DNA of 64,000 nucleotides from an uncultured Verrucomicrobiae bacterium (GTDB lineage: Bacteria > Chlamydiota > Chlamydiia > Chlamydiales > JAFEGQ01): contig CAVUAA010000001.1 in the NCBI GenBank assembly GCA_963739345.1, forward strand, positions 10,356 to 74,355. Direction: 5' to 3'. Each line of letters opens with the position of its first letter. Position 1 is the stretch's first letter. The translations under genes and the position numbers were made by a program. Positions 46,202 to 56,200 of the stretch are shown here, in pieces. A model generated the notes under the pieces. It was given only the letters and a program-made list of their open reading frames with translations, was not told the DNA's origin and did not search any database.

Positions 46202-46794
46202 TTTTGCAACACGGATGGAGCTTTGGCTCTGAGTTTTGGCGTCCATGGGAAGGGGAGCGATGGACGCGTGTCACTGCTCTGAATCGGGGATACTGTGGAG
46301 AGGCTGCTACATCGGTTCCCTCGCGGCTCCCAGGCTGCCGCCGGGTTGTCGTCGCGCACTCTTTTGGTGGTCACTTGGTGGCCGCTGACTTGCTGGCGAC
46401 AGCAGACCGTCTCGTTCTGATCTCCAGTTTTGAGGGGCCTCTTCCGGAGGCGATGCTTGGACAGCTCATTGCCGGGATGGAACAGGATTCCCCAGGTGAG
46501 CTGGCCAGGTTTGATGGGCTGTGTGATCTCGATCCCCAGGTTCGCACCGGGTTGAATCAGGAGTTGCTGCTGAAGGATCTGTGTGCGATGCGTACGTCTA
46601 CCCTCGACCTTGAGCGACTCAAGGCCATTCCGGAGATTGTCGTGGTTGCGGGTAGTCGCGACCGAGTGATCCCATCGGCGCTGAGCAAGCGGCTGCATCG
46701 GCGCTTGCCCGGTTCCCGACTGCTTGTTGTCAAAGATGCCGGACATGGCTTACCCTCTCTTGACCCCGACACTTGCTGGGAGGTGTGTCAATGA
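46189..46794 (+). CDS. Short alpha/beta-hydrolase, candidate pimeloyl-ACP methyl ester esterase (BioH/BioG-type by position)
   Basis: LILQHGWSFGSEFW, nucleophile elbow VVAHSFGGHLV, VKDAGHGLP. Sits between bioF and bioC with overlapping stop/start codons. Confidence 0.55.
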   Translation: MVELILQHGWSFGSEFWRPWEGERWTRVTALNRGYCGEAATSVPSRLPGCRRVVVAHSFGGHLVAADLLATADRLVLISSFEGPLPEAMLGQLIAGMEQDSPGELARFDGLCDLDPQVRTGLNQELLLKDLCAMRTSTLDLERLKAIPEIVVVAGSRDRVIPSALSKRLHRRLPGSRLLVVKDAGHGLPSLDPDTCWEVCQ

Positions 46795-47519
46795 AAACGG
46801 CTCAGGTGATGGAACACTTTTCGTCCGCTGCGAAGACCTACGACGACTGCGCCAACCTGCAACGTCGTGTCGCAGCTCAGCTCGCTCAGCGGTTGCCCGA
46901 TATCCCTCGGGGGGAGGTGCTGGAGATCGGTTGCGGCACTGGCCTGTTCACCGACCATCTCTGCCGCCGCTATCCGGATCGTTGGTTGACGATCACTGAT
47001 GTTTCCCCGGCAATGGTTTCTCGCTGTTGGGGTAAACTCTATCAACAGCTTCCAGAGCGAGCTCGGTTTCAAGTGTTAGATGGGCAGGAGGTCAGCTTGG
47101 ACCGTTCCTTTGCTCTCATCGTCGGTAGCCTTGTGTTTCAGTGGTACGACCATCCCCTGATGGGATTGACCCACGCCTATCGGGCGTTGAAGCCGGGTGG
47201 CTGGTTGGTTGGTGCTATTCCTGTCGATGGATCGTTTGTTGAATGGCGCGATGCTTGCCAGCGGCTCGGCCTCTCTTACACCGGTCTCCCTCTCCTCTCC
47301 ACAGAGGAGATTGCCGGTCACTTCGATATCGACCCCGAAGTGGTCACAGTCACCGACCCCTATCCATCAGCGCTCGCATTTTTCCGCAATCTTAAGGGGA
47401 TTGGGGCGCACGCTTCGGCGCGCAGCCTTGGCCACCAGTTGATACAATTGGTGCGGCAGTGGGAAGGGCCGGTCGAGGTGACGTATAAGGTCCTATTGTT
47501 GAGGGTGCAGAAGCCATGA
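46791..47519 (+). CDS. bioC: Malonyl-ACP O-methyltransferase
   Basis: FSSAAKTYDDCANLQRRVA..VLEIGCGTGLFTDHL (SAM motif I). ATGA overlaps on both sides. Confidence 0.75.
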   Translation: MKTAQVMEHFSSAAKTYDDCANLQRRVAAQLAQRLPDIPRGEVLEIGCGTGLFTDHLCRRYPDRWLTITDVSPAMVSRCWGKLYQQLPERARFQVLDGQEVSLDRSFALIVGSLVFQWYDHPLMGLTHAYRALKPGGWLVGAIPVDGSFVEWRDACQRLGLSYTGLPLLSTEEIAGHFDIDPEVVTVTDPYPSALAFFRNLKGIGAHASARSLGHQLIQLVRQWEGPVEVTYKVLLLRVQKP

Positions 47520-48145
47520 CGGATTGGCCGGATCAGTTTGTCGTCACAGGGACCGACACCGACGTCGGGAAGAGTGTCGTAGCGGCCATGTTGACCCTCG
47601 GCCTTGGAGCTCACTACTGGAAGCCGGTTCAGGCGGGACATCCGACCGACACCCAGTGGATCCAGCAGGTGACCGAGCTTCCTGAAGAGAGATTCTGTCC
47701 CGAAGCGCACTGCTTTGCGCGAGCGGCCAGTCCCCACCTCTCAGGTGATGTGGACCTCTCCGAGGTGGTGACTCCACGAAGGGAACGCCTGGTGATCGAA
47801 GGAGCGGGCGGACTTCTTGTGCCGATCAACCGGCGGGAGACGATGGTCGATCTGTTTGCCGCCCTCGCCCTGCCCGTCCTGGTCGTCGCCCGCTCAACTC
47901 TCGGGACAATCAACCACACCTTAATGACGCTTGAGGCCCTCCGAGCCGGCCGCCTTGAGGTGGTCGGAGTGATCCTCAATGGTCCGATTGATCGCGAAAA
48001 TGGGGAAGCGATCGCCCACTACGGATCGGTTTCGATCGTCGGTGGCGTCGCACCGATGAATCCAGTTAATCGTCCCAATTTGGAGAGAGCCTATGCCCAT
48101 CTGGAGACCGCTTACACAGGCCAAGCATGCACCGCCGCCCCTTGA
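47516..48145 (+). CDS. bioD: Dethiobiotin synthase
   Basis: FVVTGTDTDVGKSVVAAML..YWKPVQAG..LVIEGAGGLLVPI. Confidence 0.85.
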   Translation: MTDWPDQFVVTGTDTDVGKSVVAAMLTLGLGAHYWKPVQAGHPTDTQWIQQVTELPEERFCPEAHCFARAASPHLSGDVDLSEVVTPRRERLVIEGAGGLLVPINRRETMVDLFAALALPVLVVARSTLGTINHTLMTLEALRAGRLEVVGVILNGPIDRENGEAIAHYGSVSIVGGVAPMNPVNRPNLERAYAHLETAYTGQACTAAP

Positions 48146-49331
48146 AGTTACAGCTGCTCGGGGCCCGTATCTCATTCTGAAAGATGGCCAGAAGGTGCTC
48201 AACTGTATCTCCAGTTGGTGGTTCAACACCGTTGGCCACGCCCATCCCAGCATCGCCGAGGCGGTCTATCAGCAGATGCAAGCGGTTGAGCATGTCAATT
48301 TCGCCGACTTCACGCACGAGCCGGCTGAGCGACTGTGCGAGCGGGTGATCGAGTTGGCGCCAGGTGATCTCACCTACGCTTTTTTCTCCGACAACGGCTC
48401 GACGGCTGTCGAGGTGGCCCTCAAAATGGCACTGCAGTACTGGCACAATTTGGGAGAGACTCAGAGGAACCTGATCGTCCGATTTGAAGGGGGCTATCAC
48501 GGCGACACCTTTGGCGGCATGGCTGTGGGCGTCGATTCACCCTACTATCGTCCCTTTTCCAAGCTGCTCTTCGATGTGGCCACTGTCCCCTTCCCCGGCC
48601 ATCCTGACAAGGAAGTCGAGGCGTTGGAGGCCCTCGAGCGGACGCTGGATGAACGGTGTGCCGCTATCGTGATCGAGCCCCTGATTCAAGGGGCTGCGGG
48701 GATGCGCATCTGCCGCCCCGTATTTCTCCAAGCGCTTGAGCGTTTGGCGCGCGAGCGGCAAGTTTTGACCATCTACGACGAGGTGATGACAGGTTTTGGA
48801 CGGACGGGCGACTGGTTTGCCGCAACGCGAGCCGGCACCCACCCCGATCTCCTCTGCCTCTCGAAGGGCTTAAGCGGAGGCTACCTTCCCATCGCCCTCA
48901 CGCTGGCTACGCCTACTATCTATGACGCGTTTCTCAGCGACGACCCCTACCAGACGTTCGCTCACAGTCACTCTTTCGGGGGAAGTGCATTGGGGTGTGC
49001 CGCGGCGCTAGCGGCGCTAGATCTACTCGCTGACGAGCCATTCCGGCCCTTTGAAGGGTGGCACCAGGAGGAGATGGTCGAGCTTGCCAAACATCCAGCA
49101 GTGAGCAATCCCCGCGTGTGTGGCACGTGCGCTGCGTTTGAAGTGGTGACTGATCAGCCGAGTGGCTACTACAACCAGGTAGGGAAAGTACTCAAGGCGC
49201 GCCTATTGGAGCGCGGGTTCTACTTCCGCCCGCTGGGCGACACCTTCTTCTTCCTTCCCCCCTATTGCCTTACACGTGGGCAGCTTGCCGATGCCTACGC
49301 CGCTGTCCGGGTCGAGCTCGATCGCCTCTAG
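48093..49331 (+). CDS. bioA: Adenosylmethionine-8-amino-7-oxononanoate aminotransferase
   Basis: [70 protein letters not shown]. Confidence 0.9.
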   Translation: MPIWRPLTQAKHAPPPLEVTAARGPYLILKDGQKVLNCISSWWFNTVGHAHPSIAEAVYQQMQAVEHVNFADFTHEPAERLCERVIELAPGDLTYAFFSDNGSTAVEVALKMALQYWHNLGETQRNLIVRFEGGYHGDTFGGMAVGVDSPYYRPFSKLLFDVATVPFPGHPDKEVEALEALERTLDERCAAIVIEPLIQGAAGMRICRPVFLQALERLARERQVLTIYDEVMTGFGRTGDWFAATRAGTHPDLLCLSKGLSGGYLPIALTLATPTIYDAFLSDDPYQTFAHSHSFGGSALGCAAALAALDLLADEPFRPFEGWHQEEMVELAKHPAVSNPRVCGTCAAFEVVTDQPSGYYNQVGKVLKARLLERGFYFRPLGDTFFFLPPYCLTRGQLADAYAAVRVELDRL

Positions 49332-50272
49332 TCCGAGAGCGTCGAAAAGCTGCGCGTCGTCGTCGGCTTGGCAATTTTGCGTCGTCAACAGTTTGTCGCT
49401 CACCCAAATCGAATTGGCTCCGGCCAAAAAGCAGAGGGTCTGTTCTGCCGCTGTCAATTGGTTGCGTCCAGCTGAGAGGCGGATCATCGCCGCCGGCATC
49501 AAGATTCGAGCGGTCGCAATCATCCGCATCCGATCGGCCACCGACACTTTTTCTTTCTGGCCGCCGAGAGGTGTCCCTTCAATGGGAACCAATGTGTTGA
49601 TTGGAACCGATTCGGGGTGTTTGGGCAACGTCGCCAGTGTGTGGAGCAGATCGATCCGATCGTCGTGCCCTTCGCCCAAACCTAAGATGGCTCCGCAGCA
49701 GACGGTCAGGCCGGAATCGCGCACGTTTTTGAGGGTCTCCAAACGGTCTGCGTAGGAACGGGTGGTGATCACTCTGGGTAGAATTTCTCCGACGTGTCGA
49801 GGTTGTGATTGTAGGCGTAGAGCCCTGCCTCCTTGAGCCGCTTCGCCTGCTCAGGCGTCACCATCCCCAGGGTGCAGCAGACTTGTAGCCCCATCCCATC
49901 CACAGTGCGCACCATCTCCAGCACCTGTTCGAACTGGCGGCTGTCGCGCACCCCTCGCCACGCTGCTCCCATGCAGAAGCGGGAGGCCCCCTTTGCTTTC
50001 GCCGCCCTAGCCGCACGCACGACATCTTCCAACGGAGCGATCCTCTCCGCCTCCACACCTGTCTGATAGCGGCTCGACTGCGAGCAGTACTTGCAGTCCT
50101 CAGAACAGCCCCCCGTCTTTACGCTGAGGAGCGAACACGTTTGGATCTTGGTTGCGTCGTGGTGTTTTCGATGGACCGTAGCTCCCTGATAGATCAGATC
50201 AATCAGCGGTCGCCAGTAGATCGCCGCCACCTCTTGCCGGGTCCAGTCATTGCGAATCTCACTCATTGGCAA
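49203..50272 (-). pseudogene. bioB: Biotin synthase, split by a 1-nt frameshift at ~49770
   Basis: 5' ORF 49769..50272 SVKTGGCSEDCKYCSQS (radical-SAM CxxxCxxC)..[14 protein letters not shown]. 3' ORF 49203..49772 (V)[33 protein letters not shown]. The junction reads gag tga tca where gag gtg atc is expected. Confidence 0.85.
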
Positions 50273-50397
50273 GCAGTCTACCCCGTCTCGACGATTTTCG
50301 TCGACTCGAGCTCAGCCCAACTGATTGGGGTGGCTTGGTTGATCGTAGAACCGGCGACCTACATGAATTGAGCTAATCGGTCCGTCTTTCCTCTCGT

Positions 50398-50425
50398 CAG
50401 CTGTTCACTTTATAGTGAACAGCTG
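50398..50425 (+). promoter_or_regulatory. 12-bp-arm palindrome followed by a T-run in the bioB / abiEi divergent intergenic region
   Basis: cagctgttcact ttat agtgaacagctg ctcttttt. Confidence 0.4.
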
Positions 50426-50530
50426 CTCTTTTTGCTGATATTCAGTGGATTAACGTCGCGCGCTGCCGAGGATAAATCCGCATATAGTGCGCTAGTTAAA
50501 CGTTAACTGCGCAAATGATATAAGGAGGGG

Positions 50531-51271
50531 GTGATTGATAGGGGGACGGTGTGTGCGGTGTTAGAGGTGACGTCGTTGCAAGCGAATGCTATGTTGAGCC
50601 AGTGGTCGCGAGCGGGGTGGATCTGTCGTGTCAGCCGGGGGGTCTATGTTCCGGTTCCTTTGGAAACGGAGTTTGCCGATGAGGGGGAAGAAGATCCGTG
50701 GCTGATTGCAAGCCATCTCTTTTCACCTTGCTACCTTGGGGGGTGGTCCGCAGCAGAGATGTGGCACCTGACCGATCAGATTTTTCAGACAGTGGTGGTC
50801 TTCACTACGCACTACTTTAGGACGAAGAATCGGCGCATTGGATCGACGGAGTATCTCCTGAAGAAGGTGACAGAAGAGGGAATGGTGGGGCTGTCGACCG
50901 TTTGGCGTGAGCGTGGCAGTGTGAAGGTTTCGGATCCTAGCAAAACGATCCCTGACATCTTCACGTATCCGTCGCTGGGTGGAGGCATCCTGCACTGCAT
51001 TGACATCTTTCGTGCCTACCTCCGTTCGGAGCATCGTGATCTAAATCGTATCGCCGAGTATATTGGCCGCATGCCCAACAGGGTGGCATTTAAAAGGTTG
51101 GGGTTCGTGGCCGAGCATCTCTGTTCCGAGGAGGTCGACTTTATTTCGGTTTACGCTGACGGGATCACTCGAGGGTATTCTTTGTTGGATTCGCGACTAA
51201 AGGGAGGTCGGCATGTGAGCCGGTGGCAGCTAAAGGTCCCGTTGGATCTGCTGGAAGGCCGATTTGCTTGA
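50531..51271 (+). CDS. AbiEi-family type IV toxin-antitoxin antitoxin / transcriptional regulator
   Basis: ..LSQWSRAGWICRVSRGVYVPVPLE..PWLIASHLFSPCYLGGWSAAEMWHLTDQ..VKVSDPSKTIPDIF. RBS aaggaggggg upstream. Paired with the downstream AbiEii gene. Confidence 0.7.
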   Translation: MIDRGTVCAVLEVTSLQANAMLSQWSRAGWICRVSRGVYVPVPLETEFADEGEEDPWLIASHLFSPCYLGGWSAAEMWHLTDQIFQTVVVFTTHYFRTKNRRIGSTEYLLKKVTEEGMVGLSTVWRERGSVKVSDPSKTIPDIFTYPSLGGGILHCIDIFRAYLRSEHRDLNRIAEYIGRMPNRVAFKRLGFVAEHLCSEEVDFISVYADGITRGYSLLDSRLKGGRHVSRWQLKVPLDLLEGRFA

Positions 51272-52258
51272 GAAGCTGGTGATCTTGCGTCGGGCAAAAA
51301 ACCTTGGATTGTCACCGACAACAGTGGAGAAAGACTACGTTCTAAGTTGGGTCCTAGCGGGAGTAGCAGCGCATCCGGTCACGCGTAGTGGATTTTCAAG
51401 GGCGGGACCTGCCTGAAGAAGTGCTATTTTGCTGACTACCGTTTTTCGGAAGATCTGGATTTCAGCGTTTCTGGATCTCTGGAATGGTCCGTCGATGAAC
51501 TGGAAGGGATCTTCAGGACAATAGGACGATGGGTTCGGGAGCAGACCAATATCGAAGTCATTGATCGCTCTGTTCGGTTCAATGTCTACCGCAATCCCCG
51601 TGGCGGGATGTCGGCTCAAGGAAGACTCAATTATCGTGGGCCGCTCCGTCACAAGACAAACTACCCGGGTTTGAAGATTGATCTGACCGCTGATGAGATG
51701 GTGGTTCATTCGCCTGTCAAACGGCAAATCCTGCACGGCTACCTAGTACTCCATCCAGAAAGTTCTGGGAAGTTGAGAAGGCGCGACCCCCAGAGGCAAG
51801 GCGCGCGATGGAGGCGATGTGTTCATCGCCGAAGCAGCGCAACGAAGCATCTGGGAGGTCAGCCGCGCTCAACTTGTCAGAACTTTCTGGATGGAGTACT
51901 AGATGGTCCATTGTCGCAGGAGGCGCGGTGCTACTCGTTCGAAGAACTCTTTGCCGAAAAACTTATGGCGTTAACGGATCGGGCTCGTCCGCGGGATCTC
52001 TACGATGTGGTGGAGCTGCACCAGCAGCAACAGTACGCGTTGGACAGCGGCCGCATCGAGAGGGCGCTAGCGAGAAAATGTGAGCACCGCGCCATTCCCC
52101 AACCATTGCTCGCAGCTGCGAACAACCCAGAAAAACGGGAACGGCTGATCCAGTCGTGGGCGACGATGCTTAGGCATCAGTTGCCCGACCTGCCGTCAGC
52201 TGCTGTCTATCTTGACGCACTTCCCGCCGTGTTCGATAAGCTAGGCCTCGGGATCTAG
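51264..52258 (+). pseudogene. AbiEii/DUF1814 nucleotidyltransferase toxin, with a frameshift at ~51388 and an in-frame 156-nt insertion
   Basis: LEKLVILRRAKNLGLSPTTVEKDYVLSWVLAGVAAHP (frame a), then WIFKGGTCLKKCYFADYRFSEDLDFS..LKIDLTADE..CYSFEELFAEKLMALTDRARPRDLYDVVEL (frame b). Confidence 0.75.
51744..51901. mobile_element. TA-flanked palindromic miniature element inserted in frame in abiEii
   Basis: Perfect terminal IRs gtactccatccagaaagttctg (51746..51767) and cagaactttctggatggagtac (51878..51899), flanked by TA at 51744..51745 and 51900..51901. Further sub-terminal complementarity aagttgag/ctcaactt. Confidence 0.75.
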
Positions 52259-53026
52259 CGTTTCGTCCGTGGGGCGGTGGGTGACCAAGCGCCAGGTGGC
52301 GAGGGTGAGGCCGAGCGTGAGGTAGCCCCAGGCGCCGGCAGCAAAGACGAGGGGGAAATAGCGGAGGATCCCGTAGAAGAAGACGACGGCAAGGCCGGTG
52401 GTGAGGAAGATAAGGTTTTGAGAGGAGAGGCGAGCGTGGAGGATGTTGAGGGCGGGGAAGCGGACGCGACTCACCATGAGGTAGCCGAGGGCGACCATGG
52501 CGGCGCCGAGGATGAGGCCGCGGATGTGGTCAGAGAAGACGAAGGGGAATTGGGGGGCAGAGAGGAGAAGGGTGAGCGAGACGAGCCCGGCTGCTGCTGC
52601 GGGAATGGGGAGGCCAACAAAGTGGTGGCGGGAGCCTGTGGGGGGGTTGACGCTGTAGCGGACAAGGCGGAGGACGCCGCAAATAGCAAAGAGCATGGCG
52701 GCAAGAGAGAGGATAATGCCGACGTCGGCCTCTGAATCTAGGGTAAAGCTCTTGAGGGTGAGAACGGCAGGCGCGACGCCAAAAGTGACGCCGTCGGCAA
52801 GTGAGTCGAAGATCTGTCCAAAGTCGCTCTCAGCTCGGATGAGGCGGGCGGTGAGGCCATCTAGCATGTCAGCAAAACCGGCGATGATGAGAAGGACGGC
52901 GGCAGCCTTGAGAACAGGGTAGGGAGGAGCTTCGGGCGTGACAAGACTCATCTTAAAGATGACAAACAGGCCGCAGGCGAGGCCAAAGGCGGTGATTAAA
53001 TTGGGCAGCAGTCGTACACGTCTCAT
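52241..53026 (-). CDS. pssA: CDP-diacylglycerol--serine O-phosphatidyltransferase
   Basis: MRRVRLLPNLITAFGLACG..ADMLDGLTARLIRAESDFGQIFDSLADGV. The upstream part of ORF 52241..53272 is non-coding read-through. Confidence 0.8.
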   Translation of the reverse strand: MRRVRLLPNLITAFGLACGLFVIFKMSLVTPEAPPYPVLKAAAVLLIIAGFADMLDGLTARLIRAESDFGQIFDSLADGVTFGVAPAVLTLKSFTLDSEADVGIILSLAAMLFAICGVLRLVRYSVNPPTGSRHHFVGLPIPAAAAGLVSLTLLLSAPQFPFVFSDHIRGLILGAAMVALGYLMVSRVRFPALNILHARLSSQNLIFLTTGLAVVFFYGILRYFPLVFAAGAWGYLTLGLTLATWRLVTHRPTDETLDPEA

Positions 53027-53275
53027 AAGTGGGGAGTATAGCACAGTGAGGGGTTCTGGACGAGGCAGCTTTATGAAATATTTTCGGGAAATATTTTTGT
53101 GGCGGAAGGAGCTCACAGTCAACGGGTTGTGGCTAAGAGGGAAACGGATGTAAAATCTTGAGGGTGAGCGCGTTGTGAATGAGTTTTTGATGAGATAAGG
53201 GTATAGACAGAAAGCGTGTCGGGTCGCTATAAGCTGGCGATTAACAGACCAAAAACCTGACAGGAGATTCACCCC

Positions 53276-56200
53276 ATGACAACCGTTGCAACCGAGCCCG
53301 TGGCACCTAAGAAAAGAGACCTACAGAAGCTGGCACAAGGGTGTACGGTGGTGAAACGGGGTGGGATGATGGTTCCGTTTCGCCGCGAGCGGATTTTTGT
53401 TGCGATCGAGGCAGCGTTCCGGGAGACGAAGAGAATTCCACGGTCGGAGCCGTTGCAGCAGGAGACCTATAACATGGTACAGCAGATCACTGATCTGGTG
53501 GTTGAAGATGGGCTGACGGCGGCTCAGAAAGGGGCCTGCTTGACGGTCGAGGGGATTCAGGATCTGGTTGAAGTGAAGCTGATGGAAACGGGCCATCATG
53601 ATGTGGCGCGTGATTACATCGTCTATCGCGATCACCATAAATCGCTCCGCGACGACTCACCACGCAACCTGAAAATTTTTAGACGGGATGGAGTGGAGGT
53701 TCGATTCAATCCGATGAAGATCGCCCGCTCAATCGAGCGGTCATTCCGGAAAGTGTTCGCGGTGGAGGGGCCAACCCCTCCTGAGGTGATCACGGCGGTC
53801 AACTTGTTGACTAACAAGGTGGTTAACCGGGCTGTGCTGTTGGCGAAGGGGGAGATTCCTCTAGATGTATCGATGATCGAAGTGGAAGTTGAGCGGCAGA
53901 TGATGGCGGAGGGCTACTTTGATGTGGCCAAGGCGACCATTCTCCACCGCGCTCACAAAGTGATGGAACCGGAGGCGCTGGCGGTCGAGGTGAAACCTGC
54001 GAAGAAGAAGAAGGCGGGCCGCTCATTTAAGATGAAGTTGGCAGATGGCTCTGAAGGGAAGGTGACAGAAGGGGAGCTGCACGCTCGGATTGAGTATGCG
54101 GCGCAAGGATTCAAGACGATTAACCCCGAAGAGGTGCTCGAGCTTTCGATCTCTAATTTCTACGATGGTATTCGCGAAGATGAGGTAGAGGCGTCCAACA
54201 TCATGGCGGCGAAGGTGAAGATCGAGGTAGAGCCCGACTACTCCTTTGTGGCGGCGAGACTTCTTCTCGACAAGCTTTACCGAGAGACGATGGGAGAGGA
54301 GGCGTCGAGTCGTAAGCTCAATCAGCGGCACGCAGCTTACTTTAAGGAGTATTTGCAGACGGGGATCGAGCAGGAGCACCTCTCACCAGCTCTCTTAGAT
54401 TTCGACACTGACAAGCTGGCGGCTGCAATGGATTTGGAGAACGATCTCCTTTTCACCTATCTTGGCTTGCAGACGCTCTACGACCGCTATTTCATCCACC
54501 ACGAGGAGAAGGTCCTCGAAACGCCGCAGATTTTCTGGATGCGGGTGGCGATGGGTCTTGCGGTCAACGAGGGGGAGAAGAAGAACGAGCGGGCGATTGA
54601 GTTCTACACGGTCCTCTCCCGCTTCCTCTATGTTTCGAGCACGCCGACGCTGTTCAATGCAGGAACGCCGCATCAGCAGCTCTCATCGTGCTACCTACTG
54701 ACGATTTCTGACGATCTCGATCACATTTTTAAGACTGTCAAAGACAATGCGCTCCTCTCCAAATGGGCTGGTGGCATTGGCGATGATTGGACCAATGTTC
54801 GAGCCACCGGTTCGCGCATCAAAGGGACTAACGGTAGATCTCAGGGAGTAATTCCCTTTCTCAAGGTGGCCAACGACACCGCCGTCGCAGTCAATCAAGG
54901 AGGCAAGCGTAAGGGGGCAATGTGCGCCTACCTAGAGACGTGGCACCTCGACATTGAGGACTTCTTAGAGCTGCGGAAGAACACGGGAGATGAGCGGCGC
55001 CGAACGCACGACATGAACACCGCCAACTGGATTCCAGATCTTTTTATGAAGCGTGTCGCTCGAAAAGAGTCATGGACACTGCTCAGTCCAAGCGATGCTC
55101 CGGACTTGCACGACCTCTATGGGATGGCGTTTGAGAATCGCTATGTTGAGTATGAGAAGATGTGTGAGGCGGGGGAGATCACCCACTTTAAGAAGATCGA
55201 GGCGGTGCAGCTGTGGCGGAAGATGCTCAGCATGCTCTTTGAGACGGGCCATCCGTGGATCACGTTCAAGGACCCCTCGAACATTCGCTCGCCCCAAGAC
55301 CACGTCGGTGTGGTGCATAGCTCGAACCTTTGCACAGAGATTTTGCTCAACACGTCGGCGACGGAGACTGCGGTGTGTAACCTTGGATCGATCAACCTCC
55401 CCAAGCATACGACTGAAGAGGGGCTTGACGAGGAGCTGGTACAGCGGACTGTTGCGACAGCGCTCCGCATGCTCGACAACGTGATCGACATCAACTTCTA
55501 CCCGACGGCGGAGGCGGAGGCGGCCAACGGACGGCACCGTCCAGTAGGGCTTGGTCTGATGGGCTTCCAAGATGCTCTCTACAAGCAGAACATTAGCTAC
55601 GCAAGCCATGAGGCGGTGCTGTTTGCTGACAAGAGCATGGAGGTGATCAGTTACTATGCAATTTTGGCCTCCACCGAGCTAGCCAAGGAGCGGGGCGCCT
55701 ACTCCACCTATAAGGGATCGAAGTGGGACCGGGGCATTTTGCCCATTGACTCACTCCAGCTGCTCGCTGAAGAGAGGGGAGAGGAGTATGTCGAGGTGGA
55801 CAATAGCACGACCATGGACTGGGGGGTGGTTCGGGCTGCCATCGAGAAGTACGGGATGCGCAATAGCAACACGATGGCCATCGCACCGACTGCCACGATT
55901 TCGAATATTGCCGGCTGCACCCAGTCGATTGAGCCGATGTATAAGCACCTGTTCGTCAAGTCGAATCTCTCTGGCGAGTTCACCATCTCCAATGTCTTTT
56001 TGGTCGAGCGGCTGAAGGAGTTGGGGCTGTGGGATCATGAGATGCTTGACGACCTCAAGTATTTCGACGGATCGCTCATGGAAATTGAGCGGATCCCAGA
56101 AGATGTCCGTCGCACCTTTCTCACCGCCTTTGAGATCGAGCCCGAGTGGCTGATCGCGTGTGCCGCCAGGAGACAGAAGTGGATTGATATGGGACAATCG

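Noticed and set aside
50398-50425. The TGTTCAC..GTGAACA palindrome as a Verrucomicrobia-type LexA box (TGTTC-N4-GAACA)
   Set aside because: The half-sites are 10 nt apart here, not 4, and nothing similar occurs in the lexA promoter itself.
51717-51911. The 64-aa minus-strand ORF within abiEii as an antisense gene
   Set aside because: It exists only because the palindromic element is open on both strands, and its peptide mirrors the + strand reading. There is no start context or RBS.
53076-53096. Twin AAATATTT palindromes upstream of nrdA as NrdR boxes
   Set aside because: Each is only an 8-bp AT palindrome, with 13-bp centre spacing. They do not resemble the 16-bp NrdR box pairs as I remember them, and they lie closer to the pssA start than to nrdA. 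The evidence is insufficient.
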